Source of the DNA: Eledone cirrhosa
Lineage: Eukaryota
NCBI GenBank assembly: GCA_964016885.1
Contig: CAXHJY010001139.1
Span: 1 to 62,350 of the forward strand
DNA length: 62,350 bases
Reading direction: 5' to 3'
The notes under the pieces are model-generated. The model worked only from the letters and a program-made list of their open reading frames with translations. It had not been told where the DNA came from and ran no database searches. Made by a program: the position numbers and the translations under genes. Numbering within the stretch: the stretch's first letter is position 1; each line of letters opens with the position of its first letter. Of this stretch, positions 46,117 through 60,655 are shown piece after piece.

Positions 46117-46955
46117 ATATATATATATGTGTATGTGTATGTGTGTGTGTGTACATGTATGTATATGTGTATGTATGTGTGTGTTTGTGTGTATATGTGT
46201 ATGTCGGTATGTGTGTATATATATATGTGTATGTATATGTGTATGTATGCATATGTGTATGTGTATGTATATGTATGTATGTATACATATTCAATAGAAG
46301 GGCAGGTGCTTTCTTTGACATTTTCCTTCTGATCCCCCCCCCCCGCCCCGTCCATCAACTGAATCTTACAATAGACAGAAACAGGAAACAGGAAAACTGA
46401 CAATGTGACGTCAGATTCCTTTTTATCTATCTATCTACCTAATAACCCCCTCTCTCTTACTCTTGCTATCTCTCTCTCTCTCACTCTTGCTCTCTCTCTC
46501 TCACTCTTGCTCTTGCTCTCTCTCTCACTCTTGCTCTCTCTCTCTCTCTCTCTCTCACACACTCTTGCTCTTTCTCTCTCTCACTCTTGCTCTCTCTCTC
46601 ACTCTTCCCCCCTCTCTCTCTCACTCTCACTCTTGCTCTCTCTCTCTCTCTCACTCTTGCTCTCTCTCTCACTCACTTACCCACTCTCTTTCTCTCTCCC
46701 TTTCACTCACTCTCTTGCTCACTCTTTCTCTCTCCCTCTATCGCTCACACTTTCTCTTTCACTCTCCTTTACTCTCACTCTGTTGCTCACACACTCCCCC
46801 CCTCTATCTCTCTCTCTCTGTCAATGTATATATCTATCTATATCTATCTGGCCTTCTGTCTTCATACTTGCACACACACACACACATATACACACTCGCA
46901 TATATACATGTGTGTGTTTGTGTTCGTGTGTGCGTGTATGTATGTGGGTCTGTGT

Positions 46956-46991
<36 letters not shown>

Positions 46992-47051
46992 AGAGAGAGA
47001 GAGAGTGAGAGTGAGAGATAGAGAGCAACAGAGTGGGCGACAGAGAAAGAG

Positions 47052-47099
<48 letters not shown>

Positions 47100-47263
47100 C
47101 AAAAAAGAGAGAGTAAGAGAGAAAGAGTGAGCAAGAGAGAGAATGAGTGAAAGAGAGTGAGTGAGTGAGTGAGAGAAGAGAGAGAGAGTGAGAGAGAGAG
47201 AGAGAGGGGGGTCAGTAGGAAGATATATCTATGTAAACATGCACTCAAACAATCATCAATCCA

Positions 47264-47355
<92 letters not shown>

Positions 47356-47737
47356 AAAATGTATAACCCAGACGGCAGAGCTCAAATCGTATCGACTGCT
47401 ATTTCAGTCCAGAAATAGCCGTCGAAACGACATACATACACTACATACAAATACACACACAACCATATACACACATACACACACAGACGAGAGAATAGCT
47501 TTCAGTGAGAGAAAAAGACACGTATTGCAAATCTAAATACAGAAGTCTACCATTTGCTGCCATTTACCCTTAACACATACACTCAAATTCCAGGCAACGA
47601 GGCAGCATCTATTTACTTATTTCATTTTGTTAGGTATAACAAATTGGTTCAATGTGTTTTATCGCTCTTTGTGACATTTATGTATCCTATTGTGAACTGA
47701 GAGGCTTTTAGAAGAAGATCTTGGCTTATCGAACGAT

Positions 47738-47927
47738 AATTGTTTCTACTTTTGGCACAAGGCCAGCAAGTACCCAGTGTATTACTGGTACTTTATTTTA
47801 TCGACCCCGTAAAGATGAAAGGCAAAGTTAACCTTGGCGGGATTTGAACTCAGAATGGCAAGGGCAGTAACTCTATGCGTCAAAGCATGGCGTCCGACCC
47901 TCTACCGGTACTGCCAATCCCCCGCCG
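47738..47927 (-). mobile_element. Meta-like tRNA SINE with TSD
   Basis: tat(c/t)gaacgataat flanks both ends. Confidence 0.9.
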
Positions 47928-48260
47928 TATTGAACGATAATGTAACAAAATATTCCTCCAACGGACGGTGGGTTTTACGAGCTGTTTGCAAAGTGCAACG
48001 TAAAGGTGAACTATAGCTGCATAGAAAACATATATCAAGTGCTAATGTGAAGTACAATTTAAGAATATTGATATCTAAATTAGACATAAGGCCATTAATT
48101 TTGTGGAGATGGGAAAGTCGATTAAATGGACTCCTGTACTTGACTGGATGAATGTATTGAGACAGACAGGTAGAGAGAGAGAGACAGACAGGGGAGATTA
48201 ACAGATAGACAGAGAGACAGACAGGCAGATAGATAATAGATATGTTTCTTTATTAGCCAC

Positions 48261-48326
<66 letters not shown>

Positions 48327-48399
48327 GGACAAACAGATTAATAGACAGATAGACAGATAGGTAGAGAGATAGACAGACAAACAGATTAATAAATAGATA

Positions 48400-48790
48400 G
48401 ATAGTATAAGGATTTTCGGGCATGTTGTAAAGCTTTTAATGACTATCAAGTAGGGACTTTGAAGAAAAAATAGGTAATTCTTCGTCTATGCTTTCCTCGC
48501 ATTTATAAGAAGATGGTAAGGGAGATGCGCTGGAAGAGCCATTCCAGCTTGCGAGGCTCAAACCTGCGGCTGGCCAGCTCAGTGCCTATGGTAGTGAATA
48601 GGGAGGTAGCCCTAGGGCCAAGGACACCAGAAGTGTCCACTGCCAAGGGCACGACCGTAAACCTGCCAGAGAGCGACCGGTACTTGGAGATAGATGAGAT
48701 AGATATTATAAGTGAGATAGACTAAAATACTTTTTGGTCTGTCTGGCTTATACTCCCATAAATTGATATATACATATATATTTATACATA
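48400..48790 (+). mobile_element. Unclassified retroposon 3' end; 5'-truncated copy at 44217-44466 (-)
   Basis: About 250 bp near-identical between the two sites; the 44217 copy is flanked by TSD GACTGGTAT. Confidence 0.75.
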
Positions 48791-48847
48791 TACGCACATA
48801 CATACTTACACATACACACACACAAATATATATATATATATATATAT

Positions 48848-49035
48848 AACGAAGGAATTGTGGTAAAGAACCAGATGGACCATAACGCACCAGAGTACTC
48901 AATATTTAGGGTAGTAGAGTGGGTAATAGGAAAAAGTATAACCCTGACGGCAGAGCTCAAGCCGTTTCGACGGCTATTTCTAGAAATAAACGTCGAAACG
49001 GCTTGAGCTCTGCTGTCAGGGTCATACATTTTCCT
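48848..49035 (-). mobile_element. Family A fold-back element
   Basis: Centre ctatttctagaaata; (TA)n flanks. Partial copy at 47352-47430. Confidence 0.85.
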
Positions 49036-49073
49036 ATATATATATATATATAACAGATTCACACTCACAAACA

Positions 49074-49144
<71 letters not shown>

Positions 49145-49297
49145 TTCTGTCTGAACAAGCCAGGACAAGCGAAACTTGAAATCACTGTCAATGGAAATAT
49201 ATAATATATTAGACCACAGTCATGCATTAAGTCAGGTAGTCAGTTAATCGTCTTTGCTGTTTGTTATGCATAGAAATACAGTGGTTTATAACTATAA

Positions 49298-49396
<99 letters not shown>

Positions 49397-49562
49397 TACG
49401 TGTAGAGAGAGAGAGAAAAGGAGGTATAAGTGATACATGTAGTTAATAGCGTACGCAGAGGGTGCTCAATACTAGTGCCGGCAGTGTTAAATATTAGAAG
49501 TGTTACTATCTAATGGGCGAGAGAATTAGCAGAGCGTAAGCACGTGTATTTTACTTCTCCAC

Positions 49563-49636
<74 letters not shown>

Positions 49637-49817
49637 TGTTGATTTCTCCAGAGTGAAACAGTTCTAGTTCTGTAGAAGCCTTTTCTATATTAAATATTTA
49701 TACTCTGCTTTGTATTGAGTACCTTACTTACTGTGGTTACCCCCTGATTGAACCCGGGATAAACTTATATATATATGCATATATATATATATGTGTGTGT
49801 GTGTGTCTGTGTCAGTG

Positions 49818-49889
<72 letters not shown>

Positions 49890-50094
49890 AATGGAAGCTT
49901 AGTAAAATCGAAGCTTTGGATGCGGCCAAGCAAAGTCGACCTACAACAATAAGGAATGAGTAGCAAAGCACTCAATAGGGGTAGGTCCTTAGAGTAATAA
50001 CATTACGTTTAAATAGCTTGACAAATTGAAAATTGCGGCAGGCAAAGCCCAACCATACAATGGCAAAACAACGAAAAAACTAATCAGGTTAGAC

Positions 50095-50146
<52 letters not shown>

Positions 50147-50185
50147 ATATTAAATAAATGGAAACTATATTTATAAAACCATATT

Positions 50186-50249
50186 TATTTTATTATATAT
50201 ATTTCAAGAGTACCAAGACAACATTGGTACGCTTTCATCAGATAAAATA
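50186..50249 (-). ncRNA. Type I hammerhead ribozyme (family C)
   Basis: Minus strand reads UAUUUUAU CUGAUGA AAGcGUACCA-loop-UGGUACuCUU GAA AUAUAUAU A AUAAAAUA. Perfect 8-bp stem I, AUA triplet. Confidence 0.82.
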
Positions 50250-50394
50250 CAAAGTTTGTTTTATAAATAGAGACATACCCATGAAAATCATACCTTATCG
50301 GTTGGAAATTCACTGGATAGGGCTGTTGAGTGCTCTAAATCAGTTATAAACATTTATGTTTGTCGGACTTCCAACAAATTAAATACCACTTCTA

Positions 50395-50428
<34 letters not shown>

Positions 50429-50684
50429 AACGATATATATATAGGAACGATCGACTTTCGTCAAATCGGACCGAGGAAACAATGTTTCCGTTGGTCTTTC
50501 CAATTGCTAATACTATCTATCGGTCGCAACTCCTGGTAGAAGGAGCAACGTGAAATAAAGTGTCTTACTCAAGGACATAACGCATCGCCTGGTCCAGGAA
50601 TCGAACTCACAACCTTACGATTGCGAATCCAATTCTCTAACCACTCAGCCACACGCCTTCACGCCTGATGTATATATATGTATA

Positions 50685-50739
<55 letters not shown>

Positions 50740-50882
50740 GTATGTGTGTGTGTGTATGTATGTATGTGTGTGTGTGCGTGTCAATAAAGGAAGGAGAAAA
50801 CAGAAGACAGACACACCATAGTCAGGGCTGTTTACACGTTACAATCACACATATACATATACACATGGATACCTACACACGT

Positions 50883-51090
<208 letters not shown>

Positions 51091-51278
51091 CACATACGAG
51101 TCCATTATTATTGTCTCAATAAATCTCCTGGCAAAATATAGTGTGACAAAAGTGAATAACATACACACACACATGTATGTATGTATGTATATATATGTAT
51201 GTTTATATACATATATGTGTGTGTGTGTGTGTGTTTATATATATATAATTATATATATATATGTATCTATCAATAAAG

Positions 51279-51323
<45 letters not shown>

Positions 51324-51412
51324 GTACACACACGCATACACATATATATATACATATACAGTATATATATACAGTATGTATACAGTATATATACATATAT
51401 AGTATATATACA

Positions 51413-51486
<74 letters not shown>

Positions 51487-52449
51487 ATATATGCGTGTGT
51501 GTGTGATTATATGTATATGTGCGTGTGTCTTTACATATATATATATATGTGTGTGTGTGTGTTATGTATACATTTAAAATCAAACATTAAAATCAAAATA
51601 CCGACAAAAGAAGAATCCCCTCAACCCTTTCCCTGCCCTCCCACCTTATCCTCGCTTTAACATTCTCCCAGCCTGCCTTTTACACTCTGCTTAAATATAA
51701 AAGGTCTGTAGCCCTTTTATTCCACCTCCATTCCACCGGACCCTAAACCTAAATAATCTTAACCCTTACATTGATACTTTGACACCCCGTCAACCCTGTC
51801 ACCCCCAATATAATAAATATAAAAAAAATGTACCACAGACCCTTTTCTGTATTATAAAGCACTCGGGTTCGACCGACCCTTAATTCTTACTTTAACCCCA
51901 ACCCTAACAATCTCCCATCCATACACTAAGCTAAAGAAAAAAAAAATCGGCTGGCCCCTATTTATTACATACCCTAAATCATTCTTCACCATTAAACTTA
52001 AAGGTTCATTATCTCTTCCCCCTGGTATGACTCCCTTACAACCACCCCTCTTTCTTTCCCACCAACATACTTCCTATCCGTTCCCCGACCCCTATTTCCC
52101 TTCCCTCTGCATCACCTCTGTATTTACGATGAAGCTGGACCCTGTAATTATTCCGATTTCCGGTCAAGGTGTGTGAAATGTCACCTCCCTTAAAAACAGT
52201 GTGACAGGAAAAAGGTTTGCGAGTTAACTCTATAAATTTGGAACAGGAGAGAGAGAGAGAGAAGAGAGAAAGAGGCAGAGAGAGAGAGAGAGAGCGAGAG
52301 AGTGAGATGGAAAGAAAGAAGAGAGAGAGAGAGAGACAGACAGAGAAGGAGAGAGCGAGGGAGAGAGAAAGAGATAGAGAAGAGTGAGAATGAGAAACAG
52401 ATAGAAAGAGGGATAGGATAGCGAGAGTTATAGTTATAGAGAGATGGAC

Positions 52450-53712
52450 GTGTGTGGTGTGTATGTATATGCGTATTGGTATATGTGAGTATATGTGTGT
52501 ATGTATATGTGTGTGTTTGTATATGTATATGTATGTATGCATGTGTTTGTATGTATGTGTGTGTTTGTATATGTATGTGTTTGTATATGGGTGTATGTAT
52601 ATGTGGATGTATGTATATGTGTGTGTATGTATATGTGTGTATATGTATATGTGTGTGTGTATGTATATGTGTGTGTATGTATATATATGTGTGTATGTAT
52701 ATGTGTGTATGTATGTGTTGTATGTATATGTGTGTTTGATATATGTATGTGTATGTATATGTGAGTGTATGTATATATATGTGTGTGTATGTATATATGT
52801 GTTTGTTCATGCATGTGTATGTATATCTGTGTGTATGTATATGTAGGTGTGTGTATGTATGTGTGTATATATGTATATGTGTGTATGTAAATGTGTGTGT
52901 ATGTATGTGTGTGTATGTATATGTGTGTATATGTATATATGTGTGTATGTATATGTGAGCATATGTATATGTGTGTATGTATGTGTTTGTATGTATATGT
53001 GTGTTTGGTATATGTATGTGTATGTATATGTGAGTGTATGTATATGTATATATATATGTGTGTGTATGTATATATATGTTTGTTCATGCATGTGTATGTA
53101 TATCTGTGTGTATGTATATATATATGTGTGTGTATGTATGTGTGTATATATGTATATGTGTGTATGTAAATGTGTGTGTATGTATGTGTGTGTATGTATA
53201 TGTGTGTATATGTATATATGTGTGTATGTATATGTGTGTATGTATATGTTTGTATATATATGTGTGTTTGGTATATGTATGTATATGTGAGTGTATGTAT
53301 ATGTATATATATATGTGTGTGTATGTATATATGTGTTTGTTCATGCATGTGTATGTATATCTGTGTGTATGTATATGTATATGTGTGTGTATGTATGTGT
53401 GTATATATGTATATGTGTGTATGTAAATGTGTGTGTATGTATGTGTGTGTATGTATATGTGTGTATATGTATATATGTGTGTATGTATATGTGAGTATAT
53501 GTATATGTGTGTATGTATATGTTTGTATATATATATGTGTGTTTGGTATATGTATGTATATGTGAGTGTATGTATATGTATATATATATGTGTGTGTATG
53601 TATATGTGTGTTTGTTCATGCATGTGTATGTATATCTGTGTGTATGTATATGTATATGTGTGTGTATGTATGTGTGTATATATGTATATGTGTGTATGTA
53701 AATGTGTGTATG
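52450..53712. repeat. Higher-order (~255-280 bp) repeat built from degenerate TA/TG microsatellite
   Basis: Marker tttgttcatgcatgtgtatgtatatctgtg recurs near 52802, 53079, 53336 and 53611. Confidence 0.85.
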
Positions 53713-53967
53713 CATCTGTGTCTGAGAATAAAGAATTGATAGAACTATGTTTGTTATGGAGAGGTTTGAAACCGTCAAACGCTAGAGTTTGGTGTTTCTA
53801 GAGATTTCTAAGGTTGCTGTGACATTATATATACGTATTGTATATACTTTCATGTTCACCTCTTTTATGAATCACGCTATGTTAGTGCTACTGCTAACAT
53901 GCACACATAAACAAACATTCACAACTAAGCTTGCACACACACACATAAATATATACACACGCTCATA

Positions 53968-54335
53968 CTTTCATTCATATATGAATTATACACCCCCACC
54001 CAATATATATTCATATATGAAATATACACACCCCCCGTATATACATTCATATATGAAATATACCCCACCCCACCCGATTCATTCATTTATATATGAAATA
54101 TACACCCCCACCCAATATATACATTCATATATGAAATATACACACCCACCCAATATATACATTCATGTATGAAATATACCCCCCACCACCCCATTCATTC
54201 ATTTATATATGAAATATACACCCCCACCCAATATATACATTCATTCATTTATATATGAAATATTCACACCCCCATATATACATTCATATATATATATACA
54301 CACACATATGTACATTCATATATGAAATATACATG
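53968..54335. repeat. ~35-bp minisatellite (attcatatatgaaatatacacacccc...)
   Basis: About ten degenerate units are visible. Confidence 0.85.
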
Positions 54336-54354
54336 TATATATATCTATCTATCT

Positions 54355-54725
54355 AAGGCGGGTAAAATTCCCGAGATCCATGGACGAGTTCTCTCCAGCG
54401 GTCTCTGTCCCTCATTATCGCTGCCATGTCCTGCGTCTCCAACAGACCAGTGTCTGTCCTTAGGGCATCAACATATGTTAACCTTGGTCTTCCTCCTCCA
54501 GTGTGTCCATGTAGGGGCTCCCAAAGGAGCACGGAGTGCAATGTCAACTCTGGATGTCGGTGAGCATGTCCAGCCAACCTCAGTCTCCTCTGTGTCACTT
54601 TTGAGCTGACTTTTGGGAGGCTCCCATACAGCTCTGAGTTTTTCATCCTCAGTGTATACTGATTAATGTTCAGAGCCATCCTCAGCATTCTCGTGTAGCA
54701 CCCATCCACCATCTGAGTGAGTCTC
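54355..54725 (-). mobile_element. RTE-like LINE 3' fragment
   Basis: [14 protein letters not shown]...[14 protein letters not shown]...LLWEPLHG...GRPRLTYVD...DRDRWR, typical of the RTE ORF C-terminus. Confidence 0.85.
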
Positions 54726-54726
54726 A

Positions 54727-55548
54727 GTATATATATATTGTTATACTTTGGGAGGGTGATGTTGCCGATAAGAAACACACGCACCAGTTGCTTTCACTTC
54801 AATTTATTATAAATTAAATTTATAAATTTCTGGTTGGTTGGTTCCACAACCGGATCAAACATCACGAGCGCTCTATCTCAAAATTATTTTTGAAAAGCAT
54901 TAGAAATGCGCAACCGGTGAAACTTAAAACCAAAACTGAATACTAACCAATACTATTACTAATTTTTACTTACTCCTAATTAAACTATTTTTCACTGGGA
55001 ACAATTTGTCAGCATTTTCTTTTCCGTTTACCAATATATATATATTTCGTTTCTGAATTTGTTTAGCAAGATTCTTTATCTGAAATCGTGTGTTGAAACC
55101 GATATTGTTATACTTAGGGAGGGTCATGTTGCCAATAAGAAACACACGCACCAGTTGCTTTCACTTCAATTTATTATAATAAATTTATAATAAATTTATA
55201 AATTTATAAATTTCTGGTTGGTTGAACATAAACACACACAGACACCCGGATGTGGCGCATGCGCAGACTGAGCACACAACACACACACAGAAACAAAATG
55301 GCGTAGGACAGAACAAAGGAGAGGAACAGAAACAAAGAAAGGAATCCCCAGTCACTGAAGAGGTCACAGAGTGTGTGACGAAAGAACTATGACAATATAT
55401 AAACAACTATCTGGTTGTGGAACCAACCAACCAACCAGAAATTTATAAATTTATAAATTTATTATAAATTTATTATAATAAATTGAAGTGAAAGCAACTG
55501 GTGCGTGTGTTTCTTATTGGCAACATGACCCTCCCTAAGTATAACAAT
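54727..55548. mobile_element. Family F composite: two direct copies (54727-54855, 55102-55225) and one inverted copy (55408-55548) of a terminal module around an HHR; Penelope pLTR-like
   Basis: The module attgttatact...gttggttg occurs three times. The same terminus (atgaccctccccaagtataacaat(TA)n) occurs at ~60845-60870. Confidence 0.7.
55351..55393 (+). ncRNA. Minimal type I hammerhead ribozyme (family F)
   Basis: gtca CTGAAGA g-gtcaca gagtg tgtgac GAA ag aa ct A tgac. 4-bp stem I, 6-bp stem II, 2-bp stem III, CUA triplet. Confidence 0.65.
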
Positions 55549-56071
55549 ATATATATATATATGCACATACACACACGCATCGAGCAGAGTATATGTTTTA
55601 CAGACGTAGGCATGGTCGACTGTTTCGAAACACCGGTTATATTGTTGTTGCTCTTACTGTTATCATCATCATCATCGTCATCATCACCATCATTGAAATC
55701 ATAAATGAATCATCTGCTAAAGATTTCCGCCACAACATCCTAATCTAAGGCAGAAAATTGAAGAATCAAGCTCACTCTGACAGGAACCTAAGCTACGTAT
55801 GTCATCGCTTGCCTGGCGATCGTGGATCGTTAGGCTTACAATATTAACATAACCCTTATTATGTTTTGGACATTTTCTTCACCATTCTACTTTCATTTCT
55901 GTCTATTGATACTATGGTGCCCTATAGGACAAACCCATAGATTTTTGCCATCACTGCATCTGTAAACAAACTTTAGAATATATAGCTACGTTACGACTGT
56001 CCTCTTTTTCTGTAGACATAATCACATGTCTATGTTTACCGAAGGGTATTTCGCTACGTTAGACATGTTCG

Positions 56072-56255
56072 AATTGGCAGTATCGGTAGAGTGTCGGACA
56101 CGATGCTTTGCAGCAAAGAGTTACTGCCCTTTACGGTCTGAGTTCAAATCTTGCCGAGGTTAACTTTGACTTTCATCCTTACGGGGTTAATAAAATAAAG
56201 TACCAGTAATGCATTGAAATAATTGCTGGCCTTGTGCCATAAAGTAGAAACAATT
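56072..56255 (+). mobile_element. Meta-like tRNA SINE inserted in a tandem repeat
   Basis: Same consensus. Confidence 0.88.
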
Positions 56256-56303
56256 ATATAGCTACGATAGACAGTCTTTACGACTGGCCCTTTTTGTGTA
56301 GAC

Positions 56304-56487
56304 TAGTGGTTCCCAAAGTTGGTTCCACAGAACCCAAGGGGTCTGCAAAGGAGTCTCTGGTGTTCCGTGGAAAAAATAGAGGAGTATATTTATATTACGA
56401 CCACACAACAATATTAGACTTTGGGGTTCCTCCAAAAGTTTCTGAACCAAAAAGGGTTCCGAGTTTGAAAAAGTTTGGGAAACCCTT
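56304..56487. mobile_element. hAT (Charlie-like) MITE
   Basis: Ends TAGTGGTTCCCAAA...TTTGGGAAACCCT, with GTGTAGAC near both ends. Another Charlie-like end (gggaaccactg) at ~10095-10106. Confidence 0.65.
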
Positions 56488-56686
56488 TTTGTGTAGACAT
56501 AATCACAAGTCTATGTTCACCGAAGGGTATATAGCTAGTTAAGCATGTTCACAGAAGATTATATAGCTAGGTTAGATAGTCTGTACGACTGACCCTTTTT
56601 GTGTAGACATAATCACGAGTCTATGTTCACCGAAGATTATTGTTAGAGTCTTTATGACAATTTAACCATGGACAGAGAAAGAGTGG

Positions 56687-56736
56687 CAGGTTGTAATAGA
56701 GTTTCAACCACCATTACGATTTCCTCAGCAGTCCTT
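56687..56736 (-). ncRNA. Degenerate hammerhead-like motif
   Basis: Minus strand reads aggacug CUGAGGA aauc guaauggu gguu GAAACUCUAUUA caaccu. Core and stem II are present; stems I and III are imperfect. Confidence 0.35.
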
Positions 56737-57440
56737 TACTCGTTTTTATTGGATCACTGTGAACTTATATTTAAAACCGCTATCACTAAGTGATTTTTAA
56801 TAACCCAGGTTTACTGTGGTTGAATATTATACACATCCTTGACAGTTAGTTCTGTTAAATAAATTACAGTCGGTTTATTGTCTTTCAAACATTAAAACAA
56901 ATACATACTCAGAAAAAAAAAGTCTGCAATTTCCTTTTTATTTCTCGTTGATAAAATAATGACGAAAAGATAGAACAAAAGATAGAGCGATATAAGGAAG
57001 TTATAGAGTTAGACAGATAGGAAGATAGTTAGACAGTGGGAAAATATAGAAATAAAGACAACGAATAAACGAATGAATGAGGAAAGAAAGAAATAAAGAA
57101 AAATTAAGGAATGAAGGAAGAAAATAAAGAAAAAAAGGAAAGGAAACAAAACAAAGATGATATTAAAAAAATCTCATGAAGAAGGAGGGAGGAAACTAAG
57201 AAACATTCTTGAAACAACGGATTTCGGAAATGGAAGACATTTACGTTTCGTATTTTATTCTCGCCAGTTCGGTATTTCATTGACTCTCGTAGAAAGAACC
57301 GGAAATGTGACAGACTTATTATAATTGTTAAGACATACAGTCACATGATCATAAAATATATTTACTTTTTGAAACATTATTGTAGGCTATCGTAACATTA
57401 ATTCAGTTGTATATATATCAATATTAGAACTCAATGCAGC

Positions 57441-57507
<67 letters not shown>

Positions 57508-57607
57508 TATTGAAATTTCCGTTGAAAACAGAAAAGGTCATAGAAGTGAAGAGTGCTCTATGTAAGTATCAGAGCAAAATTTAATGTATAAAAATCAATA
57601 CAATATA

Positions 57608-57685
57608 ATTACCTCATTACCAGAGGTTTCCCGAATGAGGCGAATACGAAAGAAACGTCTTCATTCGTTCGTCAGACGAGGCAAT
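57608..57685 (-). ncRNA. Type I hammerhead ribozyme with long stem II (family E)
   Basis: Minus strand reads AUUGCCUCGU CUGACGA aCGAAUGA...UCAUUCGg GAA ACC UCU GGU A AUGAGGUAAU. 10-bp stem I including GU pairs, 7-bp stem II, GUA triplet. Element 57505-57695 lies between (TA)n tracts. Confidence 0.85.
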
Positions 57686-57692
57686 ATAAAAC

Positions 57693-57779
<87 letters not shown>

Positions 57780-58474
57780 ATATATATATATATAGAGATA
57801 TATACCAATGTTAGAAGTCAATGCAGAATGTATATAATATACCAATATTAGAACTCAATGCAGAGTGTATGTATATATATATATATATATAACCACGAAA
57901 GTGTGGTAACACCAGGTGGACCATAACGCACCAGAGTACTCGAAACGACCGGAGCTCTGCCGTCGGGATCCTGACTGTTTTCCTATATATATATATATAT
58001 ATACATACACACATATATGTGTGTGTTGAGAGAGAGAGAGAAAGAGAGGGGAGGGCAGAGACGGAAAGGTGTAAATTACAACAGAAATAATATAGTACAT
58101 GGGGAAGAGGGGGTAGGGGGGTGGATTGATATATTGAGATAGATTATAGGAGATAGACTATAGGAGATAGATAGACAGAGATAGACAGGGACAGACAGAG
58201 ATAGACTATAGGAGATAGACAGAGATAGACAGGGACAGACAAACAATGACAAACAATCCTAGAGAGAGTTTTAACAAGTAGAAGAATGGAGAAGTGAAGT
58301 GAAGCCAGAGTATGTAGATAGGGAGAGGGGGGGGGGGTAACTGATGAGAGGTGAGAGAGAGAGAGACAGCGAGAGGGGGGATAAGTGATGAGAGAGAGTG
58401 GAAGTTAGAGAGAGGAAGAGAGAGAGGAGAGAGGGATAGACAGAAAAAGAGAGAAAGAGAGAGGGGAGAGAGAT

Positions 58475-58506
<32 letters not shown>

Positions 58507-58675
58507 AGAGTGGGGGAAGAAATAAAGACAGAGAGAGTGAGAGATAACGAAGAGTGTATATATATATATGAGAGAGTGAGAGAGGAGAACGAGAGAGAGA
58601 GAGAACGAGACAGTACGAGAGAGAGAAGACAGAGAGGGGAGAACGAGAGAGAGAGGTGAACGAGAGAGAGAGGTG

Positions 58676-58734
<59 letters not shown>

Positions 58735-58736
58735 AG

Positions 58737-58789
<53 letters not shown>

Positions 58790-58906
58790 GACAGTACGAG
58801 AGAGAGAAGAGAGAGAGAGGGGAGAACGAGAGAGAGAGAAAGAGCGAGAAAGAGGTGAACGAGAGAGAGAGAGAGAGAGAGGAGACCGAGAAGGAGAGAG
58901 GAGAAC

Positions 58907-58942
<36 letters not shown>

Positions 58943-59372
58943 ACGAGAGGGAGAAAGGAGAACAAGAGAGAGAGAGTGAGAAGAATGAGAGAGAGAGAGA
59001 AAGAGCGAGAGAGAGAGGTGAACGAGAGAGAGAGAGATGAACGAGAGAGCGAGAGAGAAAGAAGAACGACAGAGGGAAGGAGCGAGGAGGAGCGGGGAAG
59101 GATTTAACTGGATGATAGAGATTTGTAGTTTTGACCTTGAAATAGGTTGGAATAATTGAAGTAGTCCTAAATTAGAATAGAAAGGAAAAGAAGAAAAGAA
59201 GAACAGAAGGAAGGCAGAGCCAGAGAATGAATGTCTACGTGAGCAGGTTGTCCTGACAGCTGCTGTTAAGGTTAAGTACACGCGAATCAGAGAGAAATGA
59301 CGTAATAATTAGCTGCTAATGGCAGCACGTAGTCGATTTACTATATACACACACGTGTGTGTATGAATGTAG

Positions 59373-59441
<69 letters not shown>

Positions 59442-59629
59442 TATATATATATATTTATATATATTCATACATACATGTATGCACATATATATATATATAC
59501 ACACACATATATATATATATTTATATATATTCATACATACATGTATGCACATATATATATATATACATACATTTGTATGCATATTTATATATGCATATAT
59601 ACGCATATATACGCATATATACGCATATA

Positions 59630-59773
59630 CCGTATTTCCCGGCGCAGAAGACGCTTCATTCTCGAGGACACACCCTAATTTTGACAACCAAAAATTTGAA
59701 AAATAATAAACAACAACGTTTGGCCTCCAGGAAGCATGGTAGATTTTTTTAGACTTATCTTAGGAAAATACGG
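59630..59773. mobile_element. Tc1/mariner-type MITE
   Basis: TA-ccgtatttccc...ggaaaatacgg-TA; internal sequence similar to the 33036 copy. Confidence 0.8.
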
Positions 59774-59817
59774 TATAGATGCATGTATATATATGCACAC
59801 GCACACACATATATATA

Positions 59818-59859
<42 letters not shown>

Positions 59860-59863
<4 letters not shown>

Positions 59864-60057
59864 AACCAGTAAGACCCCGACAGCTGAGCTCAAGCCGTTT
59901 CGACGGCTAATTCGAATTAGCCGTCGAATTAGCCGTCGAAACGGCTTGAGCTCAGCTGTCGGGGTCTTACTGGTTCCTATTACCCACTCTACTACCTCAA
60001 GTATTGAGTACTTTGGTACGTTATGGTCCACCTGGTTCCTTACCACATTTCCTTCGT

Positions 60058-60058
<1 letters not shown>
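59860..60058 (+). mobile_element. Family A fold-back element with duplicated centre
   Basis: Centre ggctaattcgaattagccgtc-gaattagccgtc-gaaac; (TA)n flanks. Confidence 0.85.
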
Positions 60059-60089
<31 letters not shown>

Positions 60090-60209
60090 TATGCATCTGT
60101 ATATATATATGCATATATATATGCCTATATGTATGCATATATATATGCCTATATGTATGCATATATATATATGCATATACATACACACATATATATCTAT
60201 GCCTATACG

Positions 60210-60279
<70 letters not shown>

Positions 60280-60344
60280 TATATATAGTTATACACATAT
60301 ACGGAGGCACATACAGTGGCCAATTTTCACTATATATTGAATCC

Positions 60345-60655
60345 GTTGTATCATTTGGAGCCTGATTATTACCCCTTCAAAAGGGCTCTTGAACAGCTCT
60401 CAAGATGTACCCAAGGGTTTCCTCTTCTTATGCACACAGAAGGCAAGCACCATCCCCTAAGTCGATAGGGTCTTCTCTTCACATGTTCGAAATATAGGCA
60501 TCTTCTCCCATGAGGACAGACTCTCCTTTGATACAGATAGGTAGACAGCTTCTACCAGGCAGACAAGGTTCTCCTTCCTCATGTACAAAGGGTAGGTTTG
60601 ACAGCTTCCTCCAAGAAGACAGGATGACTTCTTCAAATTGGTTCAAATATTCTGA
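60345..60655 (-). mobile_element. Possible decayed non-LTR fragment (zinc-knuckle remnant)
   Basis: Translates with stops to ...ACLLCA*EEETLGYIL..., resembling the CxxC...ET..HIL..C motif. Confidence 0.35.

Noticed and set aside
59225-59340. Cluster of ACGTG/TGACGT motifs as a promoter or enhancer (also TGACGTCA at ~31233 and ~46406, and a YY1-like site at ~23107)
   Set aside because: Short motifs are expected by chance and no transcript evidence is available. The SLC16 transcription start cannot be placed.
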